Shown here one piece after another: positions 1 through 12,385 of a DNA stretch of 37,192 nucleotides. The stretch spans positions 48,205,273 to 48,242,464 of the forward strand of contig NC_068991.1 in assembly GCF_001194135.2 (NCBI RefSeq). Reading direction: 5' to 3'. The first letter of the stretch is position 1. The number at the start of each line of letters is the position of its first letter. The DNA comes from Octopus bimaculoides. Its lineage: Eukaryota. The notes below the pieces were generated by a model. That model was not told the DNA's origin, made no database searches, and worked only from the letters and a program-made list of their open reading frames with translations. The translations under genes were made by a program, and so were the position numbers.

Positions 1-388
1 TGTGGAATCTGAAGACGAAAACAATACCTATTGTCATAGGTGCCCTGGGAATGACAGCGAAACGGGCTGATTACTACCTAGCTCAGATACCAGGAAACCC
101 CAAAATGGCTGAAGTCCAAAAGATAGTGCTCATGGGAACCGCCCATATCCTACGTAAAATACTGTCTATGTGATCTCAAATTTTAAAGCAAACATAATTT
201 TCTTATGGTTTCTTAAACATTCACTTGAACAAAACTGTACAAATCCAAATATATGGTACCCTAGGCATAACACCTACATGAACTTCTAACTTGTTGTCTC
301 TTGAGGTCTCTGGGTGAGACTTGGATCCAACTTGTACAAATGCAAAACAAAAGTCAAACATAAAATAATAATAATAATAATAATAATA
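1..388 (+). mobile_element. 3' end of an R4/Dong-like (REL-endonuclease) non-LTR retrotransposon with 3' UTR and (TAA)n tail
   Basis: Frame 3 (3-173) reads WNLKTKTIPIVIGALGMTAKRADYYLAQIPGNPKMAEVQKIVLMGTAHILRKILSM*. This is the typical C-terminus of R4/Dong/Rex6-type ORFs. It is followed by ~190 bp of UTR and (TAA)n at ~364-388. Confidence 0.85.
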
Positions 389-749
389 TGATAGAAAGAA
401 GTCATTTCAAGTTTATCTTTTGAGTCTCTGACATCTCACCTTACCTTTGCACTTCAAGCATTTACAGATTTTCCTTTTATTAAATGAAAAATATATGACA
501 TTGCTCTGAAACCAGCATTGCATACAAACGAAACATTCATTTCTATAATGACTTTGCTGATATAAAGAAATGAACGCAGAGGGAACTTTTCTCAGTGATT
601 CTGAAGGATGCGGGCAGAAGTTAGCAAGTTTTTTTTTAGATTTGTGACACGGTGCAAAACCTTGTCATGGCCTGGTTTTGCTAAAGGCGCCTAAGAAATA
701 CGGGTCAAACCGGGTGATTATCTCCTAATAACAATCCATCCAGCGGGCT

Positions 750-900
750 TTAACGCAGTTTCCGCCAGCCATATGTCATTCACAAGTCCTTGGTTGACTC
801 CCACTTATGATAAAAACATAGTTGCCCAAGCTGTCGCTGCGCTGTGGAAGCGAGCCTGAAATCCTATGGATACAAAGCAGACTTACTACCCACACAGCTA
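750..900 (-). mobile_element. Degenerate 5' half of tRNA-derived SINE family B
   Basis: The reverse complement resembles the better-preserved copy at 25516-25757 (head, cttgggcaa core-like segment, gcggaaactg). Confidence 0.55.
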
Positions 901-934
901 CATATGCATCTATTCTTAGGTAATTTTTGAGTTG

Positions 935-1140
935 TGGATTGGTATAATTATTAGAGCGACAGATAAGATGCTTCTCGGTAATTTCCACGGCTTTTTATGT
1001 TTTGAGTTTAAATCGCACCCATGTCAACTTTTGCTATCGTCCTTTCTGGGTCGGTAAAATAAAGTACCATTCTAGTACTCTAATCGACCTGTCCTTCCCC
1101 ACAAACTTTCTGACTTCGTACCTGTGTTGGAAACAATTAT
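935..1140 (+). mobile_element. Degenerate SINE family A copy
   Basis: gagtttaaatc...gtcaacttttgctatcgtcctttctgggtcggtaaaataaagtacca matches the cleaner copy at 29697-29915. Confidence 0.65.
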
Positions 1141-1570
1141 TTATACAATGCATCCAATGTTTGCAGCTTTGAGTCGCACAGCCCTACTGGCACCTACTTA
1201 CGGCCTGTTGAACTGAAGCTGTGACAATTAGGTGTCTGTTTTAATCTTTTAGTCAGGAAGGAATGCAGTATGTGTGGCCGTTCACAGGGCCTTTGAGCGA
1301 CGAATGAGCGGGACGGAAGGAGATATCTCCAAACTAGTGACTTGACCTGAATGCTCGCAAAAGAGTGGACTCCATAAAACGTACCCACAGTGCCAGGTAG
1401 TAATGTTAGACAGGGTGACGGATTAAGTATATCACCTAAATAACACTCGATGGGTTTTGAATTCAGAACGCAAATATCTGAAACAACACCACAAAGTGTA
1501 CGATTCGACGTTTTTGTTGTTCTCTGAATCTAATACTTTGCTCTGGTATATTTTATCGTCTCCCCAACAG

Positions 1571-1852
1571 ATGAAAGACAAAGTTTTCCTCAACAGAATT
1601 AGAACTGTGATCAGACTGTCAGAACAAAAACGGCGAGGCTCTAATGGATATCAATTCACCGCCTTGACAGTGGTTACTGCACCAAGCCAATGTCAAAGTA
1701 TCAACAGTTGTTTCATCAACACAGACACTCTAACAAGACAACATTACTACATAAATATCTATAGTTTTATGGAACGTCACAAACGTCAAAATGTTTTTGA
1801 TATATGCAGCTATAAAACTAAGAAAAACCGTTCAACACGCAATAATAAATAA
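1571..1852 (+). other. Candidate host-gene exon, possibly terminal; product unknown
   Basis: A good acceptor (ttttatcgtctccccaacag) ends at 1570. Phase 0 is open to 1852 (MKDKVFLNRIRTVIRLSEQKRRGSNGYQ...). Largely unique AT-rich sequence follows. I recognise no homology. Confidence 0.25.
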
Positions 1853-2128
1853 GATAATCTAGTTTCTAATCCAATAACAAGAGTCAAAATAAAGTTGTCA
1901 GTACCAACGACCTGATTTATGGGGCCATTGATAATGTTGTGACAGACAGGTCTTTTAAACATGCGATGTGTTGATAATATCTGAATATTTCTTATCACGT
2001 TTTTAAAATTAAAAGATTTAAACCTCTTATGTTCAACGAATTTAGCTGATATAAAATTCAGTTTATATTTAACACGGACTGGTATATGACGTATAGGAAA
2101 TCGATACGGTTTTTTTTTCTAACAGTTG

Positions 2129-2171
<43 letters not shown>

Positions 2172-2481
2172 AAAAGAAGAAAGAATAAAATTATATTTTG
2201 AAAAATATAGTCAGAACTTTTGATAATGTAATTCTTAGGCAAGTTCTGTTGTTGATATTTTTGTATTGAAAGTGAGACAATTGTATGGTGGTAGAGTGAT
2301 AAGTTATATTAGTCATTGCAAATTTATTACAAATAAAATGTCTATTTTATTTGTAATAAATTTGCAATGACTTTTACTCAGTATTTCAGCGTTGACGTTG
2401 ATTTAGCGTGAGAGGATAACATAAGGACCATTTCCGGTTATATATATACATATCGATACAAAAGCGTCATTATATATTATA

Positions 2482-2690
2482 GTTGTATCAAATTTAGGCT
2501 CAAGGCCAGCAATTTTTAAAGAAGAAGTTTAGTCAATAACATCAACCTAACGCTCAACTGGTACTTATTTTGACAAACTCGAAAGAATGAAACGCAAAAT
2601 CGAACTGGAATTTGAATTCAGAACATAAAGCGCTAGGAAAAATGCTGCTAAGCATTTTGTCCGATATTCTAACGTTTCTGCCATTCTGCC
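2482..2690 (-). mobile_element. SINE family A copy
   Basis: caactggtacttattttgac...gaatttgaattcagaac...aagcattttgtccg...ctaacgtttctgcca is the reverse complement of the family A sequence at 29697. Confidence 0.75.
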
Positions 2691-5639
2691 CGTCTACATA
2701 ATAACCTGAGGTCAACCTAGTTAATTACACTTCCACCCACTCAACAATTAGCATTTTGCTTTAGAAAATGAAGACTATTTTACATTCACCGATTTAGTAT
2801 ATTAATATAAAAGCCCTATAAACTCATTGCAAATGGAATAAACACAAATAAATTGTATAACAACAATGTATCGACAAATTGTTTATACTAACACGCATTA
2901 TGCACAGTATAGGTTAAATCTGAAAGTATACAATTTCACCTTAATAATAAATGGGAACGATATACGACAAATTATAAATAACAAAAGACTATTAGCAGCA
3001 TCCGTGTATAAGCAAGGACGTCATTCAACCTTTTTCTAAACACATTTTGTCGATGTTTGGTAAAAATGTCGCACAAATCAATTTCCTATTCCATTCTACA
3101 CAGAAAAAAGGAAAGAAAACAAATTAACGAACAAGCACATATCATTATTTTCACGGTAGAAACAAACAAATAAATAAATGTAAATGTTATAATAGAACAA
3201 ATATTCAATAAAACAAAACAAAACAAAACGAAATGTAAATTATCTATTTCCTCCCAGAATTATTTTGAAAGAATAGTAGCAAATAAAACATTTTTCGACG
3301 ACCTGCCAATTGTTTGTCAATCTTTTTATACACCTACGTATAATACAAAATAAATCTCCACCTAACCCATCCAGTTGTATATTCTTTGCGGGTTTGCTCG
3401 TGTATGGAATAGTGGTGGTTCATGTACGTGCATGTGTGTGTGTATTTTCGTGCGCTTTATTAGCAAAAATGTTTGTCTAGAATAGACAAAGACGTACAAT
3501 TCACATCCTCCTCACTTCTTAGTTGATTTTATAAATTCCAATATGGCCGTCGTATTTGTAAACTCTTGGTTTGACAAAAATAAACACCTTTTGGGATTTC
3601 ATTGATCTGAAATATTGAGGGAATTGATAGATCATATATTCTGAGAGACTGAGATATAGTAATTCTTTTGTAGTTACATCGAACGTAAATCAAGAATCAT
3701 TGTCATCTATCAATGCTCACTACCATTTTTTTTCTTTTATTTCAATTCTTTCCGTTGGTCCAAAGCGCCGAGTTTTTATTTTGATTAACTATTAAAACAT
3801 AATTCAAAGTTTTATTTATAATTTCTCTTCTATCATACACAATAATGTAGCTGATTTAATATGGAGATACGTGGTGTAGTTGTAAGCTATGAACAACGCA
3901 GGTTTCGGCTCGCAATTGGAGCCTTTAATTTCATTTCTATTTAGCTTCTCATCTCTTTCCTCGTATAAAGTTTTATACTTCATGAAGTCCAGGAATACTA
4001 AAAGCCAAACAATAACGTACTTACATATCTATTCCTTTTCAATATATTCTGGTAGATTCAAACGTGAATATATGATCGCCACGAGTTTGACAGAACCTAT
4101 TGAAAATGAATACATACGTAATTGTTGTTTAAATTATCCCCGTTGTGCATCATCTTATGAATTATTATCTGCTTAGTAGGCATTAGTTCGCATCAGAAAA
4201 TAATTTATCTGTTGATTTTTTATAACCGAGAGCCTATACACTACTTAGACGCATCGGTCCGGGGTAGTTTTGATTGAGGGGACACATAATAATGTCGAAG
4301 CACCACGGTGTCTTCAAGTTTCCTTATACGGGTAAATCGCGTGTGTTATGTACGCACATTGTCTAAAGAGAGATGTCTCCATATGAGGAAAAATTACAGC
4401 GATCAGCATTTTCACGTTTGAATTTGCTAGAACGTATTGATAATGAACAGATACGTCACTGTCTGAAGTTTTATGTCTATGTTGTAAAACACTGCAGCTA
4501 CAAAATGTAGGATATCTATCAAACTTCAGGAAGCGACAGAGAAAGCATGCCATCTTTTACACGGCCATTGTTAAGTTAGACAGGCGACAATGGTGTCTTC
4601 ATGGAGTTAATGTTTTAGTTCTTTTGCTACGAGTATCATGGTTCGGGGGAGGTGTACATCAGGCTTTTGCTGTTGAAATGTTTATGAAGACTAATAAATA
4701 TGATTGTTTTCTGTCATACCTTGTATATGTATATACTCTCTGAAATGGTTAATCAAATAAAGAAAATCAGTCGTAGCGTTTTATGTTATTTAGTTATAGC
4801 TATTTCTATTTCTATTCGGACTTTACGAAAATATAATTGTGTACTTCAGAAATTCACATTATAACTACGCAGTTCTGGTTTCGATCTCACTACGTGACTG
4901 TTCGAGTAAGAATCGTTTATCTTAGCTGTGAGTTGACCAAAGCATTTTGAGTGAAATTTTGTAGAAGAGTACTATGAAAAGAGGCAGTTAGAACTGTTTC
5001 CGTTCTTTGGTGGCAGACTTAGTCCATCATTCAGTTTAACACCAAATCCTGGCCCTTGGCGACGTTTATCAGAGTCCACTCTTTTTGCAGCCATTCAGAA
5101 CAAGTCACCTATCTGAATATAACTTTTATTTTTTCGAATTTTCCTTAAAAGTTCTGAAAGTAGTTTTTAGCACATAATTTGAAGGACTTTAGTTACTATT
5201 TCCAACGGGTTGAATAGCCTTGTGGAAATTCCTGCGCTAGTAAGGGCTCCCCCGTTTGTGTTTGAAATCACAACAGTAACGGACGCTTAGACATTTTGTG
5301 TTGTACACTATTGTGCTTGAAATCACATCAAAATGAGAACCTAACATTCAGTTTGGCATCCCATCATGCTTGCCTCTCATCCGTCTTTCAGTTATTTAAT
5401 TTTCATATCTAACTACGGCACAATTCTGAAGGATAAACAATTTCAACGACCTTAGTATTTAATTGGTTCTTAGGTGTATGTGATGGAGTGAGTATGGCTA
5501 AAGAAATAGTCTCTTCTCCGGGCTAAGTTTGAATTGCAACTAAATACTACAAAACACTTCGATTCTCCACTGTTTCTGCATCTTTCCATACCCTAACCAA
5601 TTAATGGTTTCCGATTTAAGTATTATGCTTATAATTCTG

Positions 5640-5815
5640 AGGTTAAGGGCTTAATTGATGCCACTAATTCCAGTTCTTGACTTATACATTATTTTATCTA
5701 TTCCGTGTGGAAGAAAGGCCAAGTTGACCTCAACGAGACTTAAACTTAAAATATAAAGAGCTTGAGGAAATATCTCAATGCATTTTTTCGACGCTCTACG
5801 ATTCTGCTAGCCCAT
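5640..5815 (-). mobile_element. Highly degenerate SINE family A copy
   Basis: gaaaggccaagttgacctcaacgagacttaaact...ctctacgattctgctagc resembles the reverse complement of family A. Confidence 0.5.
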
Positions 5816-6895
5816 CGTTTAATAAGGTATTCTAGCTTTATTTCTTTCAAGGTGACAAGGTTTGAATGAAGTGGCTGTAGTAATTTTACTCAGTCCTTGC
5901 ATATAACTGGTACTTATTATATCGGGTGTGGAACAATGCAAGATAAAGCAAAATGGATTCCTGTACTTGACTGTTTCTATCAATGTGCCTTTCACTTTCT
6001 CCTTATAATGACAGCAATATCAATGCTGAGAGAAGCAAAGCAAGATGCACAAAAGCAAGACAAATGATCAGACGAAGTACTAATCATACAGGAGATGGGA
6101 TAAAACTACAAGAATCATTTTTATAAAAGTGGTTTAGGTAGAGGATGAAAGGCAACAGAGCCTCTCCTGTCTCTAAGAGATTGACAGGCGGATGGAAAGA
6201 AATCGTCTTGAAACCAGAAATTTGATATGACTACGTACAAGGAAGTGAATCTGGTTGAAGGCACCCAAAGATCATATGATGCTGTTAAACCAAATATTTA
6301 ACTCAGTAACTTTTATCAATCAAGAACAGAAATGATGCCTTTGATGGGTATGTACTTTGATTCTGACGGCCAAATTTCACTCTCAAATCTTTGGTTTACT
6401 CGACGCTATGGCAGATGTGTTTGCCCAAAATAGAGCGCAGCAGAATCAAAATTCGAACTATGAAGGCTGCAAAGTGAACTTCTTAGCAGTGACTGCCCTG
6501 TATACAATACCTGCTATGCCTTCGTCGTCTGACCCGTACAAACAACCAGCGGAAATGATTGAAAAACACTAATAAAACTATTGTATGTTGTATAATTTTG
6601 AAGAGAGAATGTAATCAATCAGTTCATTTGTTATGAACAATTAGGCATTACTAATAACAATCAAACAATCAGAATTCGAAGGAAATAAATTTATTTTACT
6701 TCATTTTATTTTCAGTTCTCTTGTTTTCATTTTATTTTTCACCAGCATTGTCTCATTGAACAATAAACTATAAAAATGTGTGTGTAGCTTAAGCAATTTG
6801 TCTTGTTCTGAGGAGGCGGGTTCTTACAATTATTGATTCTCATTGAAAATAATGATCAGGGTTTAATATAACAGCAACAAGGACTCAAAACACAC

Positions 6896-7091
6896 GCGTG
6901 CGCACGTGCATACACGCACAGAGGCACACACACACATGCACACGCACGCACGCACACACGCACGTACGCACGCACGCACGCACGCACGCACACACTCTTT
7001 TTCTTTTTTTCTCTCAAACATACACACACGCACACAACACACCTCATAGATACACGTATACATACACCCATACACTCACACACTCTCTCCT

Positions 7092-7124
<33 letters not shown>

Positions 7125-7290
7125 TTCTCTCCTTCTCTCTCCTTTCTCTCCTTCTCTCTATCTCTTTCTCTCCTTCTCTCTCTCTTTCTCTCCTTCTCTC
7201 TCATTTCTCTCTCTTTCTCTCCTTCTCTCTCTCTCTCTCTCTTTCTCTCCTTCTCTCCCTCTCTCTCTTTCTCTCCTTCCCACGTACACA
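6896..7290. repeat. Compound (CA)/(CACG)n and (CT)n-rich microsatellite
   Basis: Directly visible. It explains the overlapping low-complexity ORFs. Confidence 0.95.
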
Positions 7291-7686
7291 CAAGCACACA
7301 CAGACAGCATAATCAAATGTAACTACAAATCATTGATGAATTCTCTATTTTGCCGCTCTACTGCAAGACATAGTAACCGAATGTTTTCCAAATCACACAA
7401 TTACATAATAAATAAAAGAATGATATATTGGGCAATACAACATTAACACGTAAAATTATACAGGTTGGTCAAGCTAGAGCGCTTTTGATGATGGGTTTCC
7501 TTTATCTTCATCAATAACTGCCGAAAAATATATATATATATATATATGTGACTCAAGAGCCTGGAGTTCGAATGGCAGAACACTGATGAAAATGGACAAC
7601 GGTTGACGTTTGTGCGTATGAGAAAAAATACATGCATAAATATAAATACATACATAGATAAACGCGTGCGCGCATACACACACACA

Positions 7687-7718
<32 letters not shown>

Positions 7719-9299
7719 TACATACATACACGCACACCCACCCACAAATCTTTAACTGTGAATCGGACAAGGCTTAGGGTCAGATATATAAAATCTCTGA
7801 CTTCTTGGTTATATACGCGTTATTATTAATAACTTTATCTGCTTCGAGTTTAACCGTCCCCAAAAGAGAAGGATTATTTAACGTGATCTCGAAGTTAATA
7901 AACGATAATCATATTACAACTATNNNNNNNNNNNNNNNNNNNNNNNNNNNNNNNNNNNNNNNNNNNNNNNNNNNNNNNNNNNNNNNNNNNNNNNNNNNNN
8001 NNNNNNNNNNNNNNNNNNNNNNNNNNNNNNNNNNNNNNNNNNNNNNNNNNNNNNNNNNNNNNNNNNNNNNNNNNNNNNNNNNNNNNNNNNNNNNNNNNNN
8101 NNNNNNNNNNNNNNNNNNNNNNNNNNNNNNNNNNNNNNNNNNNNNNNNNNNNNNNNNNNNNNNNNNNNNNNNNNNNNNNNNNNNNNNNNNNNNNNNNNNN
8201 NNNNNNNNNNNNNNNNNNNNNNNNNNNNNNNNNNNNNNNNNNNNNNNNNNNNNNNNNNNNNNNNNNNNNNNNNNNNNNNNNNNNNNNNNNNNNNNNNNNN
8301 NNNNNNNNNNNNNNNNNNNNNNNNNNNNNNNNNNNNNNNNNNNNNNNNNNNNNNNNNNNNNNNNNNNNNNNNNNNNNNNNNNNNNNNNNNNNNNNNNNNN
8401 NNNNNNNNNNNNNNNNNNNNNNNNNNNNNNNNNNNNNNNNNNNNNNNNNNNNNNNNNNNNNNNNNNNNNNNNNNNNNNNNNNNNNNNNNNNNNNNNNNNN
8501 NNNNNNNNNNNNNNNNNNNNNNNNNNNNNNNNNNNNNNNNNNNNNTTATCCCTACAACTACCAAAATCACCACCACTCCCATCGCCATCACCCTAGCACC
8601 ATCATCACTACCCTCACCACTACCACCACATGCATTCCCGTCACTGAAACCCCTACGACTACCACAACCATACCTACCGCCGCCGCCACCACCACCACCA
8701 CCACCACGCCGTCCATGTTTCTCTTAAAACTGAATCCTGTTGGTGATCGCGAAAAGCAATTTATAATACGTTAGAACGACACAAATTGTCTTCCTTTATC
8801 TTCCTTATCTTGTAAATATATGTATCCACTTTAGGATGGTTGTTGTTGTTGCCTTCTGCATTCCTTCGCAGGTGTTTCAATATAAGCAGATCTGATATGA
8901 CTACTCTGTGCACACTCTCACACATACATCCAGGCATACGCACAGCTGCACGTACTCTGCTCGGCAATTACATAAATTAGGTTTAGAAATATAGCAATAA
9001 AATAAAATACCAGGAAAAAAAAAAAGAATAAAACTAATAGGGAAGGTTTGCTAAACTAAAAATTTAAATTTTAGTTTGAATATAATTTCATTTTCAAATG
9101 TTCACTTTAGTCAAAGATAAACTTGTTTTCCTTAGGCCCACGGTTTACTTGAATAGGTACTGCCAACATATGTGACTCCATTATATAACTGGTACTCTTT
9201 CATAGAGGCACATATTGTAAAGTTTAAAAGGTAGAGAAAAGAAACTAAATATTAGAATATCGAAATATTTGTTGAATGTTTAATACCATAAGAGAATCT

Positions 9300-9655
9300 A
9301 ATGAAGGCAAAGATCGAAAAACTTAGTCAGACAGCAAATGTAAAATCTGTAGGAAAGGAGATGAAAGTATCAATCATGTTTTGAGTGAGTGCAGTTTACT
9401 AGTACAAAAGGTGTATAAGCGCAGACATGTCTGTGTGAGCAAAAGAGTGCATTGGGATGTTAGCTAAGTGTGTGGTTTCAAAACAACAGAAAAAAGTGGT
9501 ATGAACACGGCTGTGATAGAAAATGAGAATTGCAACATCTTGTGAGATTTCCCCATTAACACCGACCATACTATTGAAGCAAGAAGGGCAGATATGACCA
9601 TAGAGGACAAAATAAACAAACAGTGTCAGATCATCGATTTTGTAATTCCTATTTG
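9300..9655 (+). mobile_element. R4/Dong-like LINE fragment: CCHC zinc knuckle plus start of the REL endonuclease (pseudogenised)
   Basis: From ~9339 it reads CKICRKGDESINHVLSECSLLVQKVYKRRHVCVSKRVHW. Through frameshifts it continues WYEH...VIENENCNIL*DFPINTDHTIEARRADMTIEDKINKQCQIIDFVIP (RPD...IID-type REL motif, degenerate). Confidence 0.85.
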
Positions 9656-9664
9656 TTAGCAGAG

Positions 9665-9882
9665 TCGATACTCACTCTCTCTCTTTTACTCTTTTACTTG
9701 TTTCAGTCATTTGACTGCGGCCATGCTGGAGCACCGCCTTTTAGTCGAGCAAATCGACGCCAGGACTTATTGTTTGGAAGCCTAGTACTTATTCTATCGA
9801 TCTCTTTTACCGAACCGCTAGGTTACGGGGACGTAAACGCACCAGCATCGGTTGTCAAGCGATGTTGGGGGGACAAACACAG
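9665..9882 (-). mobile_element. 3' half of SINE family B with (AGAGTAAA)-like tail
   Basis: The reverse complement reads cgcttgacaaccgatgctggtgcgtttacgtccccgtaacctagcggttcgg...gctccagcatggccgcagtcaaatgactgaaacaagtaaaagag. It overlaps in sequence with the copies at 25516 and 15980. The 5' half runs into an N gap. Confidence 0.8.
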
Positions 9883-10522
9883 NNNNNNNNNNNNNNNNNN
9901 NNNNNNNNNNNNNNNNNNNNNNNNNNNNNNNNNNNNNNNNNNNNNNNNNNNNNNNNNNNNNNNNNNNNNNNNNNNNNNNNNNNNNNNNNNNNNNNNNNNN
10001 NNNNNNNNNNNNNNNNNNNNNNNNNNNNNNNNNNNNNNNNNNNNNNNNNNNNNNNNNNNNNNNNNNNNNNNNNNNNNNNNNNNNNNNNNNNNNNNNNNNN
10101 NNNNNNNNNNNNNNNNNNNNNNNNNNNNNNNNNNNNNNNNNNNNNNNNNNNNNNNNNNNNNNNNNNNNNNNNNNNNNNNNNNNNNNNNNNNNNNNNNNNN
10201 NNNNNNNNNNNNNNNNNNNNNNNNNNNNNNNNNNNNNNNNNNNNNNNNNNNNNNNNNNNNNNNNNNNNNNNNNNNNNNNNNNNNNNNNNNNNNNNNNNNN
10301 NNNNNNNNNNNNNNNNNNNNNNNNNNNNNNNNNNNNNNNNNNNNNNNNNNNNNNNNNNNNNNNNNNNNNNNNNNNNNNNNNNNNNNNNNNNNNNNNNNNN
10401 NNNNNNNNNNNNNNNNNNNNNNNNNNNNNNNNNNNNNNNNNNNNNNNNNNNNNNNNNNNNNNNNNNNNNNNNNNNNNNNNNNNNNNNNNNNNNNNNNNNN
10501 NNNNNNNNNNNNNNNNNNNNNN

Positions 10523-10598
<76 letters not shown>

Positions 10599-10612
10599 TG
10601 ATGATGATGATG
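10523..10612. repeat. (TAA)n/(TGA)n microsatellite
   Basis: Directly visible after the N gap. Confidence 0.95.
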
Positions 10613-10752
10613 ATAAGCCTTTCTACGAAAGGCACAAGGCCTGAAATGTGTGTGTGTGTGTATGTGGGAGGACTAGTCGATTACATCGACCCCAGTGTTT
10701 CATCGACCTCGAAAAGATGAAAGGCAAAAAGTCGACCTCGGCGGAATTTGAA
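10613..10752 (-). mobile_element. 3' part of SINE family A
   Basis: ggcacaaggcctgaaat...gtcgattacatcgaccccag...gatgaaaggcaaaaagtcgacctcggcggaatttgaa. Confidence 0.75.
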
Positions 10753-10819
10753 TAATGATGATGATGATAATAATAATAATAATAATAATAATAACATTAA
10801 TAATAATAATAATAATAAT

Positions 10820-12150
10820 AAGACAAAGCAGAAGAACGGGTTTGATGCAGTAATAGAACGATTAAAACAGAGGATCATGTCAAAAAGCCAGAAGATTTGT
10901 GAGCAGAAAAAAGCAGTTCGAGGAGAACAAATTGCTCAAAAATAACCCGAAGCAATTCTTCCGAATGTTAGAAGGAGACAATGGGGGAAAATGTTGCTCC
11001 TGGTGCAAATCAAGTCAAGGAGTTCTGAAGCGGATTATGGGGAAACAATGTAGTGCATAAAAAGGATGCAATGTGGATAGGAACTCTCAAGACAGAATTA
11101 CAAGGAGGAAAGAAACAAAGGAATATTGTCATAAGCACGGGTGATGTGAAAGAACAAGTGGGTAAAGTTCCTAAGTAGAAAGCCCCCGGACCAGATGGGA
11201 TTTATGGCGCCTGGCTGAAGAGATGCCACGCGGTGCATGAAAGACTAGTAGCCCAATTGAATGAGTGTACAATCCCCGCGTGGATGGTAAGTCGGATGAC
11301 AGCACTTGTAACGAAAGACAGAAGAAAGGGGAATACTGTGGGAAACCACCGTCCCATAGCATACCTAAACATAATCTGGAAGATACTTTCCTGACACAGG
11401 AAGAAATACTATCAAAGGAATAAAAAAGAATGTAGAAATAGTTCTCAGGGTACCAAAGACAACCCGGTCATCGATAAAACAGTTTTGAGGCATTGTAAAA
11501 AACATCATATAAACATGTCTATGGCTTGGATTGACTTTAAGAAGGCATAATATATGATGCCTCATACTTGGATCGTTGAATGCCTGCAGATATTTGGTGT
11601 TGCTCACAACGTCACAAATTTTCTGATGCATAGCAGGAAAGAGTGGAAAATCAAATTGTACTCAAGTAATGTATTCCTTGGAGAAGTTAATATTAAACGA
11701 GGCATCTTTCAATGTGACTCGTTTTCTCCGTTACTTTTTGTAATTGCACTAATACCCATAACAATGACACTCAGGAAAGTTAAGATGGGTTACCGGTGTG
11801 GGAAGAAAGGCCCATCACTGAACCATCTTCTGTTTATGGATGGCCTGAAATTGTTTGGGAAATCTGAAAAGCAGATAGATTCCTTAACCAAAACAGCCCA
11901 GAAGTGTGGTAGCGGCATCGGTATGGAATTTAGGATTACCAAATGTTCAGTATTTAATATGAAAAGAGGGAAGAAAACAACATACAGAGGATTGCGGATG
12001 CCATCAGGAGAGATCATGGGTGAACCCGACTGTAGTGGGTATAGATATTTAGGGATTTTGGAGCTTGATGACATTCTACACAGAGAAATGAAAGTCAAGC
12101 TCAGCGCGGTGTATCAAAAAAGTGTGAAGATGATATTGAAATCCAACCTG
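10820..12150 (+). mobile_element. R4/Dong-like LINE reverse transcriptase region (degraded, truncated at both ends)
   Basis: Motifs across frames: KAPGPDGIYGAWLK, NHRPIAYL, MAWIDFKKA, RGIFQCDSFSPLLF (QGD box), LNHLLFMDGLKLF (YADD box, degenerate), IGMEFRITKC, YRYLGI. Stops and frameshifts are present. (TAA)n at ~10768-10819 lies directly upstream. Confidence 0.9.
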
Positions 12151-12284
12151 AATTTATGTGGGTGTGTTTCTTCTGAGAAGAGTTCTGTGTTGCATATTAA
12201 AACTAATCTCTCTTCACGGTACGTCAACTTTATTTTACGAATTCATATAATTTTTTTTTTTTGCTATCGCAGACCATCACTAAA

Positions 12285-12385
12285 CCCTTACAGGGAAAAG
12301 AGGAAAAGCAAAGTTAGCACCGGCAGGATTTGAACTTAGAAAGCAGAAAATCGGATCTAATACCGCAATAAATTCCTTCTACCAT
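12285..12385 (-). mobile_element. Partial degenerate SINE family A
   Basis: gcaaagttagcaccggcaggatttgaacttagaa resembles the reverse complement of the family A B-box/core region. Confidence 0.45.

Noticed and set aside
3530-3560. YY1-like motif caatatggccg suggesting a promoter
   Set aside because: A single short motif with no supporting TSS evidence.
4430-4560. EQIRHCLKF...NTAATK, faintly like a mariner N-terminus
   Set aside because: Too short and degenerate, with no TIR or downstream motifs found.
6357-6572. Possible Tc1/maT transposase C-terminal remnant (WPPNSPDLNPLDY-like region)
   Set aside because: The match needs several frameshifts and substitutions and no TIR is identifiable.
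7545-7620. Protein-like SLEFEWQNTDENGQRLTFV followed by a GTATGA donor
   Set aside because: There is no convincing acceptor, an upstream in-frame stop follows the (TA)n, and I recognise no homology.
8872-8980. Good acceptor (ttccttcgcag) opening CFNISRSDMTTLCTLSHIHPGIRTAARTLLGNYIN*
   Set aside because: A single splice signal without a donor or homology is expected by chance in 37 kb.
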